The notes under the pieces: generated by a model | What the model was told of the DNA's origin: nothing | Seen by the model: the letters and a program-made list of their open reading frames with translations, nothing else | Database searches by the model: none | Assembly: GCA_964234715.1 (NCBI GenBank) | Contig: OZ174277.1 | Source: Podarcis melisellensis | Lineage: Eukaryota | Direction: 5' to 3' (one strand) | Length of the DNA: 64,000 nt | Translations under genes and position numbers: made by a program | In this document: one piece after another, positions 1-14,145 of the stretch | How the letters are laid out: each line of letters begins with the position of its first letter | How positions within the stretch are numbered: position 1 is the stretch's first letter

Positions 1-890
1 TCAACTACAGCTCCTATAATCCCTGACCAGCAGTGTAGTATTAAATTTTCTAATGCAGGGGTTCATCATGACGGACTCCGTAGCCGTAACGAACAGTTGT
101 GATCCTTCTTCCTTTGGTTGTTTAAATATTTGTGGAATGTCTTCACCTCTCTGCCCCTTCTGGCTTAGAAGATAAGCATGTTTTGGTCCCTCGAGGCTTT
201 TTGCTTTGTTGTTCATTGTAACTTTTTAAGTTATACTAATATGATGCCTACTAAAGCAGTTATTCTACCACATATGACCCTCCCTTATATGTCAGCAACA
301 CTTACATTGGGGTGGAAATCATTCGCCTTATACAGTGCTAGCTATGCAGAAGAGACAGGGACCAGCAGGCTTGGGAGAACTCCGAGGTTTGCAGAAATGG
401 GGAAAATAATAATATATATATCAAAGGAGGAAATAGCCCAATGAGGTTGAGCACGCTCAGTAGCTACAGAACTCTGAGTGACTTTTAAAGGATGGGGCGG
501 GCAGAGAATACAAGAACTAAACACTACAACCTTTTATTTATTAAAAAAGAAATTATGTACCACGTAATGAAAAATAGTAATAAAGGTGGTTGTTCTGACG
601 CAAGCTCCATCCATATTCCTCATCTCATTTTACAGGGGAGGTACTATATCTCTTCCTTGGTATTCACGGGCCACATTGGTTCTCCATGAATCCCTATCAA
701 TTCTGTGATTTGCCTGCTAAATTCCTTTAGGGTTCTGTTTGGTGCTGTTTGAATGCAAGCAATTTGGAGGCAGCTATTTTTAACAATATCTTTCAAAGAA
801 TCCATTTCGAACTGCAAGCAGCAAGGCTCTGAAGTGCCAAGCATCTGTGACTTCAATTGAATTCCTGTACAGTTTACTAAGTGATGAAGC

Positions 891-892
<2 letters not shown>

Positions 893-930
<38 letters not shown>
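893..930. repeat. (CA)n microsatellite
   Basis: Read directly from the sequence. Confidence 0.95.
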
Positions 931-932
<2 letters not shown>

Positions 933-3813
933 GATGTTTTTAGAAACTTGCAAGACCAAATTCCTCTTTACCACACTTCTTGGACCCTTTAGTCTTTTTG
1001 CACTAAATTCTACACATAAAGAAAGGCAAGGATGGTTTGTTTTTTCCAAAGTAGATTGTTTGTTTGTTACGTTGAATCAAGGGTACAGTTCTTAGGCGTA
1101 GCTGTGATCTTTCCCATCACCAGCCCAACCAGAGCTGGGTGATTTTGCGCCCCTGGCAGAACTGTCCAGATTGTGCCCCCTAGCCATGGACAAATTAGCT
1201 CTTCTTTCCGCCTCTCCTCCAACCCCCCCCTCCACCCATTCAGTTCACCCTCTAATTAAAACCTTTTCTTTTGAGGCAATAATCAATATTTTTATTTATA
1301 GACATATTTATGTACATATTTTTAACCAATTTTGTGCCCACCCCTGGCGAGGGCCCACTTTGCCACCCCCTAACTATGGCCCTGACCGAAACCAAAAGCT
1401 ATAAAACAGGCAAACGTTCTAGTTTCAATCCATAAATAGATTGTTGTCCTATCTCTTTGTAAAGTATCTTTACTTCTACTGCCCTTAAGACTCAGCAGCT
1501 GTTAATGGGATTATATAGTTTGGTGTCAAACGCGATAATAGTTCTTAAACGAGCAGGGTCACTATTTTCCTCTGAGAGATAGGCAGAATTACGGTACCTC
1601 CTCTTTGAAACTGCTGCACTTAACAGTTTCCAATTACTTGCAAGGTGTGTCAGCACTGCAGTGCATGCCTGTAGAAATTGCCTGTCCTGTGTGAGTGGTT
1701 GTGCAACATGAGCCAATATCAAAAGTTATGATATGCATCATATCCTGGAAAATGCTCCCCACCCATTTCAGATTGCAGTAATTTACCAAAAATGCTGTTT
1801 AAAGGTAGTAGTTCGTATTTGGTATTATGTAGCTAACCTGCATGGGAGTCTTAGGAACTGCATTTTTGTGGATCCAACCCTCTTTCTCTGTCACTGATAA
1901 GAAGCAATTTCACATCCTCCAGCCATGCCCAAATGTGCAGTTTCCACAGAAGTATGCAAAACCTCAGTTGTTCCCATCAGTAGGAGTCCTCCCCAAAAAA
2001 GTTTCTTTATACAACTTATGCTAACACAACTTAGCCACTGTTGAGCTTCAGTCTCTCTATTTCTGCAGAATAAACCATGCTACTGGCTTAAGTATAGAAC
2101 TGACATATCCATCCTTCCAAAAAGCACCTGGTTTTTTAAATAAAGCAATACATGTTATTTATGCGCAGTATGAACTTGACTTTTATTTTTTTGTTAGCTC
2201 TGGAAAAGATCATTCTATATCGTGGTGGGCATTACATTCTTCATACCTACTTCTTGACAAAGATGATTCCTGTGTATATGTGATGGAATGGAGGTGGACT
2301 CCTGTGAAGGACCAAGTTCACAGATTGGGGCAGGGGAGCCTGTAGAGGGGCAAGGGGGGGGCAGACCCCCTTCCTTCAATCCCCAGCTTGCTTTCCTTCC
2401 TTCCTCAAGTGAGTTTCTAGCATTTGTAGACCCCAAGATGTGCAGGCACTGTTCTCCTCATTTGTTTGATAAGTAACTAGCCTTGTGAGAAATGCCTTTC
2501 AGTGTAATTTTTTGGCTGATTAATGAAGTCATAGTAATTATTGACATTTAAGAAAGCAGACCAAGCTCATTGGGCAAAGAAGACAACAGTGAAATACCTT
2601 TTGGTTTCTTTTTACGCCTTTGCTGCTGGTCTTCCCTATTGGACAAGTGATTTTTGGCCAGCAATTTAGGTACCCAGAATTTTAGTGCACCTGTTTGGAG
2701 TGTGTTAATTGGAAAAAAAGGTAGCAGCGAAGATAAGATGTCATGAACTTTCTAATTTCATTGATTCCAACCCCTGAATTCATAAAAAGTTTTTAAAAAT
2801 TGTCTAATGCCAGTGCTGATAAAGTTATGGGCCATTATTATGCCCACATTACAGAGGTCAAGGCTGTGATTGAGAGAGTATGGGTCATGCCAGCCTCGCA
2901 AAGTCACCCATGTTCTTATATCAATTTTGCTGGGGTGAGCAGGTTGTTAGTGCGTGACAATATTGATGTCTGGCATTGGTCTCCCAGTGTGCTGGGTTTG
3001 TGTTGGGGGGTGGGCTGTGAAATTTTAATAGTGCAGTTAATTAAGCCCTAGAAAGAGTGAAATGAGAAGCCAGGGCAAGAATGGGGGGCTTTCAGCAGTT
3101 GGCACAAAAGTACTGCCCGGATGTCAGACCCATCCATTGCAAAAAACAAAAAAAAAATAAAAAAATGAAACAAAACCCCAGAGTGGCAAGGATCTGGAGT
3201 ACAAGTTTCTCAGGGGCTGAGTCTATCCAGGCCTTTCCTCCATTCAGTCACCAGATCTACCATAAATGATAGACTTGATTTCCAATGCTGGAGGTGTGTG
3301 TTTGTTCTTTGTCAGAAAAATTCTTGGCAGAAGTGGCAAGGAGTGTCTTTTACCAACTTACGGCTATAGCTGTCACTCCAGCTTATGTAGACCAGTCTGG
3401 TCTAGCCTCTGTTACTAATGAACTGGTAACATCCAGAATAGACCAGTGTCATAGCATAGCAGTGTCTATGTGGGGCTGCATTTTGAAGACAATTCAGTAA
3501 TTTTCACTGGGGCAAAATATAGCTGCTGCCCAAATAATGTTGGTGGGGATCAGGTGGTCTGAACTTGTAAAACACATAGTTTACCAATTGCACTGGTTAC
3601 CAGTGTATTACTGAGCCCAATTCAGAGTCTGATGATTACTTTAACCTGGCCCTAAATATTTAGGGTTATAATATGGAGGACTGCATGAAAGATGGCTTTC
3701 TTTGTGGTGGCCCCCAAATTGTGGAGTTCGTTTCCAGCGTCAGTTGATCTAGCACCAGCTTTTGACGTATCTTTACTTTGGCCTTTGACAGTAGTATAAT
3801 ATTACTAGGGGTT

Positions 3814-4506
3814 TGCAGGGTCAAGGGTCCCCTAAAATTCCTGGGTGCCCCCATAATTCCTGAAATCAATAAATGTGGGGTTTGATCAGTGGATTTAGCA
3901 ATGCCTAAAAGATAAGTCCTCAGGAGATTGGCTGAGAGAGATGCCATCATAGAAGAAAACGGGGGTGGGGTCATTACCTGACAAAAGGTGAAGCATTGGG
4001 ACATTCAGTGTCAGACAGGAAGCGGGATGGAGTCCCTCCCCCAGCTGTGTGTTAGTTAGCAAAAGGAAATAGCAGAGCTGGGAGTGGGAGGTTGTCAGGG
4101 TTATGGTGGGGGCCTGATGTCACCACAGGGGAAAAAGTTTCCTTTTGCATGAGGTTTGGGTTGCATTTTAGCCAGGGATTTGGGGAAGGGGGGCGCGGAG
4201 ATGCCATTTGGTCTGAGGGATGGACAAGCTGTGTGGAGGAGACACAGAAATGTTGTTTTGGCTGCTTTTGAATCCTGTGCTGTGCTACTGTGGGGAGCAG
4301 GCCCCTCTTGATGCTCAGAACTCTCCATCCTCCATCCAGACTCAGGTGTAAATATGTGTAGGTAAACCATATTTCATAAAGACACTACAGTCTCCTCTGA
4401 ACCTCATTCCCCCCCCCCGCCCCCCAAGGAAACACAAACCCTGGTTAAATGCCAAGGCCCCTGGAATCTTGCAATGCTCAGCAGAGATTGTGGTGGCCAG
4501 TAACCA
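3814..4506 (+). mobile_element. Possible degraded solo LTR
   Basis: GC-richer island with an LTR-like layout (CATAAA poly(A)-like signal near 4375); no clear TSD. Confidence 0.3.
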
Positions 4507-5164
4507 TATGTTTGTGTCCTACCTGAAAAATCATGGTTTTATCTTGTTTTAAACTGTGTTGTGCTTGCTATTGTAACTTGCCCTGTGACTTTAAGGTGAA
4601 ATGCAGGTAAGGGATTTATGAATAAATATAATAAATCTTGGATTTCTGATTATAATCATGGGCTTGGCATGGCTCAGAAGGTTTCTGTGGCCTGTTGGCC
4701 TGCCATTTGGGAGAGCCTGGTCTTTTATTATTTACTTGTTCATTTCATATTATATATATATATATATATATATGGTGCTTGGTTGTAGGAAAACCTCAAA
4801 GTGGTTTACAAAAAGATACACAATAAGATTATCTATAACAATAACAACAACAACAACCTATATTTAAAACATACACAGTAAAATAAGGCTAAAACGAATT
4901 AAAATGCCTACAAACTTTACAAACAACTTGATAGACTTGTCTTGATCTGGGATGCTTTTACTTGGATTAATCAATTCAGCAGGCTGAGATGTGCAAGGAG
5001 TAAAGGGAAACTATTTTCAGAGTCGCTCTCAAACAGAGGAACAGCTCTTGACTCACTGGAACCAGTTTGCCCAGAAACTAGTTTCACTCTTCTTGTCATA
5101 TAGTTGTTCTACTCCTGTGGTATAAACCTTATTTTCTGATATCTTATCCCGTTCCACCCTTTAG

Positions 5165-5165
<1 letters not shown>

Positions 5166-5195
<30 letters not shown>
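5166..5195. repeat. (GATT)n microsatellite
   Basis: Read directly from the sequence. Confidence 0.9.
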
Positions 5196-5296
5196 CTTTT
5201 GAAACAGTGCAAATTTCTTCTCTTCCCCAACCCCCAGACTTAGGCAATGTTGTAATATACAGTTCGTATCTCCTGTACCATACACTGTACACAATA

Positions 5297-5521
5297 CAGT
5301 GGTACCTCAGGTTACATACGCTTCAGGTTACAGACTCCGCTAACCTAGAAGTAGTGCTTCAGGTTAAGAACTTTGCTTCAGGATGAGAACAGAAATCATG
5401 CTCCGGCGGCGCGGCAGCAGCAGGAGGCCCCATTAGCTAAAATGGTTCTTCAGGTTAAGAACAGTTTCAGGTTAAGTACGGACCTCCAGAACGAATTAAG
5501 TACTTAACCTGAGGTACCATG
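5297..5521. mobile_element. Tc1/mariner (Tigger/pogo-like) MITE
   Basis: TIRs CAGTGGTACCTC...GAGGTACCA(C)TG flanked by TA. Confidence 0.8.
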
Positions 5522-6515
5522 TATCGTTAACAGCAGTAGTAAAAAGAAAGACCACTTGAATAAAAACTCATCTGAACAATTCCTTGTAAAATACTCTGTT
5601 AGTAACCTTGTGAAATGCTCATGCTAGTAACTGTTTGGAAGCTCCATAAATGTGAAACAGGCTTCCTTGCTCAGTAATGCAAAGGTGCGTAGTTTCTCCC
5701 ATGCATGAGGAGCGAAAATTAATTTTTTAACAGCTTTCCTCTAAAAGGGGCGTTGCCTTTTTTCTAACATTGCATAAAAGAGATCTTTGTGTGCGTGCAC
5801 TGAATAAATTGATAAAGTGCTTGATTACATAGCATTCAAAATACCTTGATTTGCATGGCATGGTTGCTTTTCTTGGTATGGCTCACTTAACTTTCAAGTA
5901 TCACTTCTCTGAAGCTGTCACATGGGAGAGATTGCTGTCTCTGTAAACAATATATGGGCGGTTGGCTCCTTTAATTGTTTGCTCAGAGAACTGGCTGAGC
6001 AACTCCCTTCCAGCAGAGGAAATGGATTGATGAATTCGAACTTGACACAAGATTGTGCATATCCAGAGAAGCTGTATCCTTTGCAAGGGGAAAAGAACTT
6101 GGATTCCTGCCATGCAAAGGACTTGGACTCCAGCCACATCGTACCCATTGTGTTTTGAGCAAATGGCAGAAGCCACATGCTGCTTGCCTGCTTTATCCAT
6201 AAGCAGCTAGCTAACATGAAGAGAGTATGAACTAAAAGAACAGAATCTGACTTGCATCTTATGGCATGTAAATGCCGTGTTGCGGCTCTGCCTTCCCAGC
6301 CTGTCATGTTAAGAGTGCTCCTTCATTTACGGGTGGAGAGTTCCTGTTATTCCCATTCCTAAAAAGTACCCAACTAGGGAAAGCCTACCCCAGTTTCCTA
6401 AAGGAGCACCCTTCTCTGAAGTAAGTCTCTGCCTTCCAATTTGGCTGGGCTTAGCAATCGGTCGCTCAAAGCTACCTGAACACAAAACACAACAAATATC
6501 CGTAGAGTCCCTGTA

Positions 6516-6879
6516 AAGGTAAAGGTAAAGGTACCCCTGCCCGTAAGGGCCAGTCTTGACAGACTCTGGGGTTGTGCGCCCATCTCACTTAAGAGGCCAG
6601 GGGCCAGCGCTGTCCGGAGACACTTCCGGGTCACGTGGCCAGCGTGACAAAGCTGCATCTGGCGAGCCAGAGCCGCACACGGAAACGCCGTTTACCTTCC
6701 CGCTGGTAGGCGGTCCCTATTTATCTACTTGCACCCGGAGGTGCTTTCGAACTGCTAGGTTGGCAGGTGCTGGGACCGAGCAGCGGGAGCGCACCCCGCC
6801 GCAGGGATTCGAACCGCCGACCTTTCGATCGGCAAGTCCTAGGCACTGAGGCTTTAACCCACAGCGCCGCCTGCGTCCC
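6516..6879 (-). mobile_element. Sauria SINE
   Basis: (ACCTTT)n tail, tRNA-like head with B-box GGTTCGAATCC; TSD GTAGAGTCCCTGTA on both sides. Confidence 0.88.
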
Positions 6880-7867
6880 GTAGAGTCCCTGTACTGATCC
6901 TCTTATCCTGCAGCTGATGTCGGAAGCTGCCAGTGTCAAAGGTGACCATGCAGAGTAAATTTTGCTATGTGTTTTTCCTAGTGTAGGATCAGCGGGGTCA
7001 GCAGTAGTCACCGTAGTTCCTTCCAAGATGATGTTGGGCTGCAACTTCTGTCAGTCCCAGCAAGCATGATCAATTGTCAGGGGTGATGAGAGTTGTCATT
7101 CAGTAACATCTGAAGTGCACCATTTTGGCTATCCCTGAGTTAAGAGCAATATCTTGGTGTGGGTGTTCTCCCCCTCTCCATACATCTTGATCTTGCATAC
7201 TTACTGCTTCTCCAGCCAGCAGTCCAGAACATTATCTCCATTACCCCCTTACCCTGTGGACCAAATTTGACAGATGGGTGGGGCTGCCAATGTGTCAGTC
7301 AGCTTGTGACATGAGGCGATACGGCAGAGGGCTCTGCTGGACTTTTAAGTGTTGAAGATCAACTGATCACCCGGACTTCAGAAGTACTCTGCACAAGGCT
7401 TTTAAAATGCCACTGGTCAGCTTATTAGCACTTCAGAAGCTCCTTTTTGTCCATCCATCTTTTTACCTTTCCACACCTGATGTCATATATAGTGACAGGT
7501 GATTGACAGGTAAGTGTGACTTGGCCAAAATGGCCTGGCAGGCTAAATGGGGTCTAAGGCCTAGAGGTTATCCACCTCTGATTGTATAATATGACCTATC
7601 TGCTGCCAGATCTAACCTTTCCACCTTATGACTGATATTAAGTAAGAAAGATCATGCAGGATTGCATGTCTTTAGTCAGTCTCTGGATAGTTTATGCTAA
7701 GGAGCTCTTAGAAGAACTGGATTTATTTGGTCATACACCCATAAAACTGTTAACAGTTAAAGGTTTTTACAACTTCTTTCTTCAGCAAGAACTGCCTGCT
7801 GTAGTTTCAGCAGAGACATTCCATAGGGGGTGAAAAAGCTCTATTAATAGTTTTCTACTAGCAATAT

Positions 7868-8217
7868 GGGATACTGTTGGCACTGTGTCTTAAACCACTG
7901 AGCCTAGGACTTTCCGATCAGAAGGTCGGCGGTTTGAATCCCCACAACGGGGTGAGCTCCCGTTGTTTGGTCCCTGCTCCTGCCAACCTAGCAGTTCGAA
8001 AGCATGTCAAAGTGCAAGTAGATAAATAGGTACCGCTCTGGTGGGAAGGTAAACGGCATTTCCGTGCGCTGCTCTGGTTCGCCAGAAGCGGCTTAGTCAT
8101 GCTGGCCACATGACCTGGAAGCTGTACGCTGGCTTCCTCTGCCAGTAAAGCGAAATGAGTGCCGCAACCCCAGAGTCGTCCGTGACTGGACCTAATGATC
8201 AGGGATCCCTTTACCTT
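7868..8217 (+). mobile_element. Sauria SINE
   Basis: Same family body with CCTTTACCTTT tail; TSD TACTAGC(A/G)ATAT. Confidence 0.88.
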
Positions 8218-8851
8218 TACTAGCGATATACAAATTTATGGTGCAATATTTAAAACGCTGTATTCCCTAATAGCTATAAATGTTGACACATGATTAGCAG
8301 CTTTTCTGTGAAAAGATTTCAGAAGTTAGGTATGATTTCTCAGTGGTTGTTGCATTTTTCAGGTGTACTGTCTTTGTCTTACAAGAGCTATCAGAACCAA
8401 GCTGTAGGAAGAATGCTAGGTTTTTCACTTGCTGAAATTATTTACTGAAAACAACATAGTGTCCCCCACTCTGGAAGGTTTTGACTGCCTGGACAGCTAA
8501 GACTACATCAGATTAATAAATATATCAGCAGCAGAAAATAAGGTGTGAGCTTCCAAGCTGGGGAAAGCTAGTGATCTGTTTTTGTAGCCAGTAGTTCTGG
8601 GAAAGGTGAGTAGTAATGTTGTGCAGAAGCACCTCTTTAATAGCCTTTTGATGTGTTCAAACAACTGGAGAATTCATAGACAAGACCAACATGACCTACA
8701 TTAGTTTGAGAAGAAAGGTCCAATAGACTCCTAGACCTCATCTGAGTACCGCACATATATTGTTTGCTTTTCTATTCTTCGAAGGAATTCAGGGCGGCAT
8801 GCACTCAGCTGTCTCATTTTATACCTCGCAAAAGACCTGAGAGACTAAATA

Positions 8852-9093
8852 CAGTGGGTACCTTGGTTATCGAACTTAATCCATTCTGAGATTGTGTTCG
8901 ACTCCTGGAACCGTTTGAAAACCAAGGTGCGGCTTCCAATTGGCTGCAGGAACTCCTGCACTCAATCGGAAGCCGAATCGGACGTTCAACTTCTGAAAAA
9001 CATTCGCAAACCGGAACACTCACTTTCAGGTTTGCGGTGTTCAGGAGCCGATTTGTTCAGGAGCCAAAGCGTTTGACAACCAAGGTACCACTG
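8852..9093. mobile_element. Tigger-like MITE
   Basis: TA|CAGTGGGTACCTTGGTT...AACCAAGGTACCACTG|TA. Confidence 0.8.
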
Positions 9094-9525
9094 TACAGTG
9101 GTGACTTGCCCACTTTCACCAAAGGCATACTTCTGGTTTGTAAGAGATTCAAACCAGATTTGCCTCCGGCTCCCTGAGTGCTATCCCACCCTGGTGCATT
9201 CAGGACTCCCTCCCTTTTCAGTTAGATTTGTCCGGTGAGGTGGTCATTGTTCTACTGAGCATAGTGGAAATTTACCAGACAGTTAAAGAACTTGTAAACA
9301 GAACTTGTTAAGAGAAAGTAAATTAAGTTCAAGAGAACCCCTTTCATTAGAAAGAGAGAGAGAACCCAACTTTCCAGTCTGCAAACTGAGGATTTATGCC
9401 ATTCTGTGACATAGAAGATTGACTTGGAAGTGGGCAGAGGCACTGAGAAATGTGGCCCACTAAGTTTCAACCATTTTGGTTTGGCCAGATTACAATGCCA
9501 AAACAATGCCACATAGTCTCTAACA

Positions 9526-9848
9526 CAGGGGTCAGCAAACTTTTTCAGCAGGGGGCCAGTCCACTGTCCCTCAGACCTTGTGGGGGGCCAGATTATATTT
9601 TGAAGGGGGGGAAATGAACGAATTCCTATGCCCCACAAATAACCCAGAGATGCATTTTAAATAAAAGCACACATTCTACTCATGTAAAAACACCAGGCAA
9701 GCCCCACAAATAACCCAGAGATTCATTTTAAATAAAAGCACACATTCTACTCATGTAAAAACATGCTGATCCCCAGACCATCCACGGGCCAGATTTAGAA
9801 GGTGATTGGGCAGGATGCGGCCCCCGGGCCTTAGTTTGCCTACCCATG
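9526..9848. mobile_element. hAT non-autonomous element
   Basis: TIRs CAGGGGTCAGCAAACT / AGTTTGCCTACCCATG; 8-bp TSD CTCTAACA/CCCTAACA; internal ~63-bp tandem duplication (9630-9692, 9701-9763). Confidence 0.8.
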
Positions 9849-12227
9849 CCCTAACAGGAGTAGTAAGCATGTTCAATCCACTGAACCAGAGCTATTGAGT
9901 TGAACAGAAAGCATGGAGGAGGCCTGCTGATTTTTCTCTTTCTAAACGGTTTTGCTCCTGCAAAATGCAGCAATGATGCTAGCATTTTGTGTGTGAACTT
10001 TTTACTTTTAAAATAACAATGTGGATTGTTGCAGCATCTGTTTTGAGCAACATTAAGGGACAGAATGGCTTCCCTTAGGCTATCAGTACAGTATTACTGG
10101 CAAATCTCTTTTGAATTCTTAACGCCTTTTGAACTAGGACAGAGGGTTCTTGGTTAATGAGTGAGTGAACAAAAAGTATTTGTGGTAAAACCATATCTCT
10201 CCTGAGGCAACCATTTGTGAAACTATGTTCAGACATGCTTCTCTAGCTAGAATCTGGCTACGAATGGCACACTTCTAGTGGATATTCACAGTGGAACAAG
10301 TGTCTTTAAAATAAAGGCACACAACAGTTTTGTATGCTTGCAGAGACTATGTTCATACAGAAAATCCTTAAACATGGTGGTACCAGGCTATTTGTGCTAT
10401 GTCTTACCAGCAGTGGAAAAGCCAGTCTTTGAGATACTTCAAAACACAAAAGGTTCAAAACACTGTTAAATGGGTTTGACAGATAAGATGATTCCAAATG
10501 TAATAAATTCAGGGCACTCATTTGTTGTCTTGTTGATAAATAATTTCTAGCAACCTGCCCTTGGTTTTTGCTTCCATGATGGCTAAAATCCATTGTATTG
10601 AAACAGAACTTTTGCTTTCTTTTTCTGTAGTTGATGCTCTTAATTAATATGGTCAGGCAGGATGCCCTCCCTTCATGCTTCTAGTTTATTTAGGGGGGGG
10701 GGAATTATATACCGCTATTCATAAAAATATTAGCAGTTGACAGTCATACATAAAACTATGCAGTAAAAACCATATACAAATTTTAAAATCAGAAATAAGC
10801 TAGCTGTTATGGAAAGATGTATTCTTAATGGCCGGCTGGAATAGAGAAATTTTCAGCAGTATGTCATACAAGACCAGACTAAAAGAAAACTAGATTTCCT
10901 CCCCTTCCTGCAAAATCAGCCACTTTTGGTAGACAAATAACTTCATTCCAAGCTACATACTGCATGAATCTACCTTAAAAGCTACACTTGCTAGGCAAGT
11001 AGGATAGCGCAGCAAACGATGACTGCTGGACTCAGGACCTGCTTGCAGGTTTCCCATAGGTATCTGCTTAGCCACCCAGGATGCTGGGTAGATGACCCTT
11101 TCGTCTGATCTTGTGGGGATTCTCTTAATGTTCTTATGATGGAATGCCTGAGATGGAAAGCATGGGACCCAACACGCAAACACACACATTCACATTGCAA
11201 GTGAGCAAAGACATTCTGTGAGAATGCCACACAAATAAGGTGAGTAGCATTTAGGCCTGGTTTACAATCTGAGGAGTCTATGCAAAGCACATGGGATGCA
11301 AATAAATTTGCTCCAAGATTGCATGGATAATCTTAAAGTTCATCTGTTTGTCTACTGCCTTTGTTGGTAGCCTGAAGGTCAGAATCTTTAGTATCTCCTA
11401 CATTAACAGAGATTTGAGAATTTGTGGTTTAAACAAGCGGCATACCCTATAGGTATAGGCACCTTCTTTCTACAGGGCTTTCCAAGTACAGGATAATACC
11501 AGTTCATTCTCTGCAACTAATTTTATAAAAAACTCAAACTATTTGGTTCGAACCTAGTGCTTTATATTGCATTGCCTCCCTATTTGTTGTCTCTCCTTTA
11601 GCATCTTGTCTTAAAATGCATTATGATAGAAGCTGGCTCGCCTCAGACAGGATTTATGCAGTTCAGAGCAAGGAAAACATGAAACTCAAGAACATCACTG
11701 AGAATGGAGACTAAATCTGGTGACCGTTTGCCAGAGGAAAAAAGGAAGGATAAACAAGATCCAAGAGTGTAAAAACATTTAATAAACTTCTTAATCTCTT
11801 CCTTCTTAATCTGCAGATAGTTTGTGACAGAGGTACAGAACTCAATCCAGGGGTTATGGGTGGGGAGGAAGGGATGAATACTACTTGTAATATAAAAATA
11901 TTTTGGTTTACAATGGTCATTTTTCTTCATTTATAGGAACATCATCATGAGGCTTGGGAATACCTTGACCTGAAATGGGCTGAATCCTGATGACACTGAT
12001 CTAATGTAAGCATACTGAACCTGTTAATCCTCTGGAGATGTTGGAAGCTTTTTGCGTGAGAATTCCCTCCAAAGTATTGCCACACTTTCTGCCTGCAAAG
12101 AAAACACTGGATTTCTAAGAAACTAGTCTCTCCCTAATGCAGTGGATCTCTCCAGGGCCCCCACCTTACATCTGCTTATGAACTTCAGTGCTTGGTTTGC
12201 ATTTGATCCAGGAGAATTCCAAGTGAC

Positions 12228-12302
12228 AGGTAGTGTAAACATCCTACACTCTCAGCTGTGTGGAAAAGAAGAAAGCTGGGAGAAGGCTGTTTACTCTCTC
12301 TG
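12228..12302 (+). ncRNA. MIR30C2: pre-microRNA mir-30c-2
   Basis: miR-30c-5p TGTAAACATCCTACACTCTCAGC (12234-12256) and miR-30c-2-3p CTGGGAGAAGGCTGTTTACTCT (12276-12297) form a hairpin. Apical UGUG and downstream CNNC (CAGC, 12313-12316) motifs are present. It lies convergent to OGFRL1 as in mammals. Confidence 0.96.
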
Positions 12303-14025
12303 CCTTGGAAAGCAGCTGAAGGAGGAAAACATGGAGATCTTGCAAGTTCCCCCCCCCCCCCTAAGCCCTGTTTGGCGCTTGCTGTGTAGCAGTTTGCATG
12401 TGTATGTTTTGACGCCAAGTTGAACAAACCCTGGTGAGAATTTTAAAAATAGAAGTTAATTAGTGTACAATGCTTGTTTTTAAAATTACTGTGGGGTGTA
12501 ATTAGGCACTAAGGAGGAAAAGCTACCCAGAACGTACCTCCATAACATGGGAAGAGCCATCTAGTTCAGCATTGTGTTCTCACAACAGCCCACAAGCAGG
12601 TTGTGAGGGCCTTAGCACTCTTTCCCACTAGCGATCCATGGTCATATCTCTCTTAATAAACATAGTATCATGATAAGTAATGTGTAATGGATAAATGCCA
12701 GCTTTCATACTGAAATGGAATAAACTAGAATTAACTTAAACATCACTCAAGAGATTTAATGAGAGGGGGGCAGTTCTTAATAGTCCAGGCAGCTTGGTTT
12801 TGTTTGGATACCATTGCCAGTGCATCTGACAAGAAAAAATTGGGGCCTAATGTTTTGGAATCGTCAATAAACTTGAAGTTTGAAAAAATGGGATGGAGTA
12901 TGTATACTTAATTGGAAAACGTTTTGCAAAACTAAGGATGCCATTACTTTTATATTGACAATGCACTTACTTTTTAAGCAGAAGTGCTGTGTAGTACAAT
13001 TGCATTTTTATCACATGTGATCCTTGTTGATGTGCAGGAGATTTTGATCCTTCTCTTCACACTTAAGACTGTGGTGTGGAACAGCAACATTTCTGATAGA
13101 ATAGCATTTTATAGTTGGAAGGAAACGTCAATGAATTGGAAGCTTTGATAATTGGAGCATCTACTATCGCAGATTCAAGGCGCGCATGCACACACACTAC
13201 AAAGGAAAAAATAGCTCTGGCATCTCTGGAACATGCCTTAATGGAAGAAGCTATATGTTAGTTACAACCTTCCTATTAACAATTTACAGATGTAGTACTG
13301 GGCTGGAGCTGGGCTTGTGAATCCAGGATTGGCTTTTGTACAGAGACAGGCAGTTCCCATATTTATTAGAGTAACAAGCTCCAAGAGTTTGAGACACTAG
13401 ACTTCTAAAGTGTGGGTCATCCTTCAGTCTAAAACTGAGGGCCAAACTAGACATTACTTTCAAACGTGCAGTGATTGCTCAGCAGCGCTGTGTTGGATTA
13501 AAAGCTAGTACTTTATATTTTTATTCAATTGCAGAAAGTTGGGAAATAAATTTTCATGGTGATCTGTTTTGGAGGGCAACGTTTTCATTTTTGTTTCTGC
13601 TCCAAATTCCCCTTACCAATGACTTTTTCCCCTGTAGGGTTTTAAATGGTGTGTTTACCTTTTTTAAAAATGACTTTGGAACAAGAGAATGGGCTGCTTT
13701 GCATGGGGTTTGGATCAGGTGAGGCAGGAAAGCATGAAATTCCCTGCTCCAGTGCATTGCTCTCCATCTCTCTTGCCTGCAACAACTGCTCTTTGGGGAG
13801 GGGGAGTGGTGTTGGGGTTACCAGGCTGCTGCTGGATTTGTATGCAGCAGGTAGTTTGCTCTTGGTTTGTTACAAGTTGAAGGTCTTCAGCCAGATTGAT
13901 TATGAAAGGTTTGCTCATACCCACTTGCATTCATGAAGGGATGGGATCAAGACCTTATGAAACTTTATTTTTATTTCGTAAAATCAATGCACCACTTGCT
14001 TGTAAAGAAAACAACCCATCAAAGC

Positions 14026-14027
<2 letters not shown>

Positions 14028-14064
<37 letters not shown>
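14028..14064. repeat. (TG)n microsatellite
   Basis: Read directly from the sequence. Confidence 0.95.
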
Positions 14065-14066
<2 letters not shown>

Positions 14067-14145
14067 GACATGCAGAAGCAATCACCTCAACCTATCTTTT
14101 TGACTTTAGAGCGCATGATTCATTTATCTATCCTATGGCTAACCC

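Noticed and set aside
5600-6330. Repeat-free block with overlapping short ORFs, possibly a conserved element or lncRNA exon
   Set aside because: No recognisable protein, and conservation cannot be assessed from this sequence alone.
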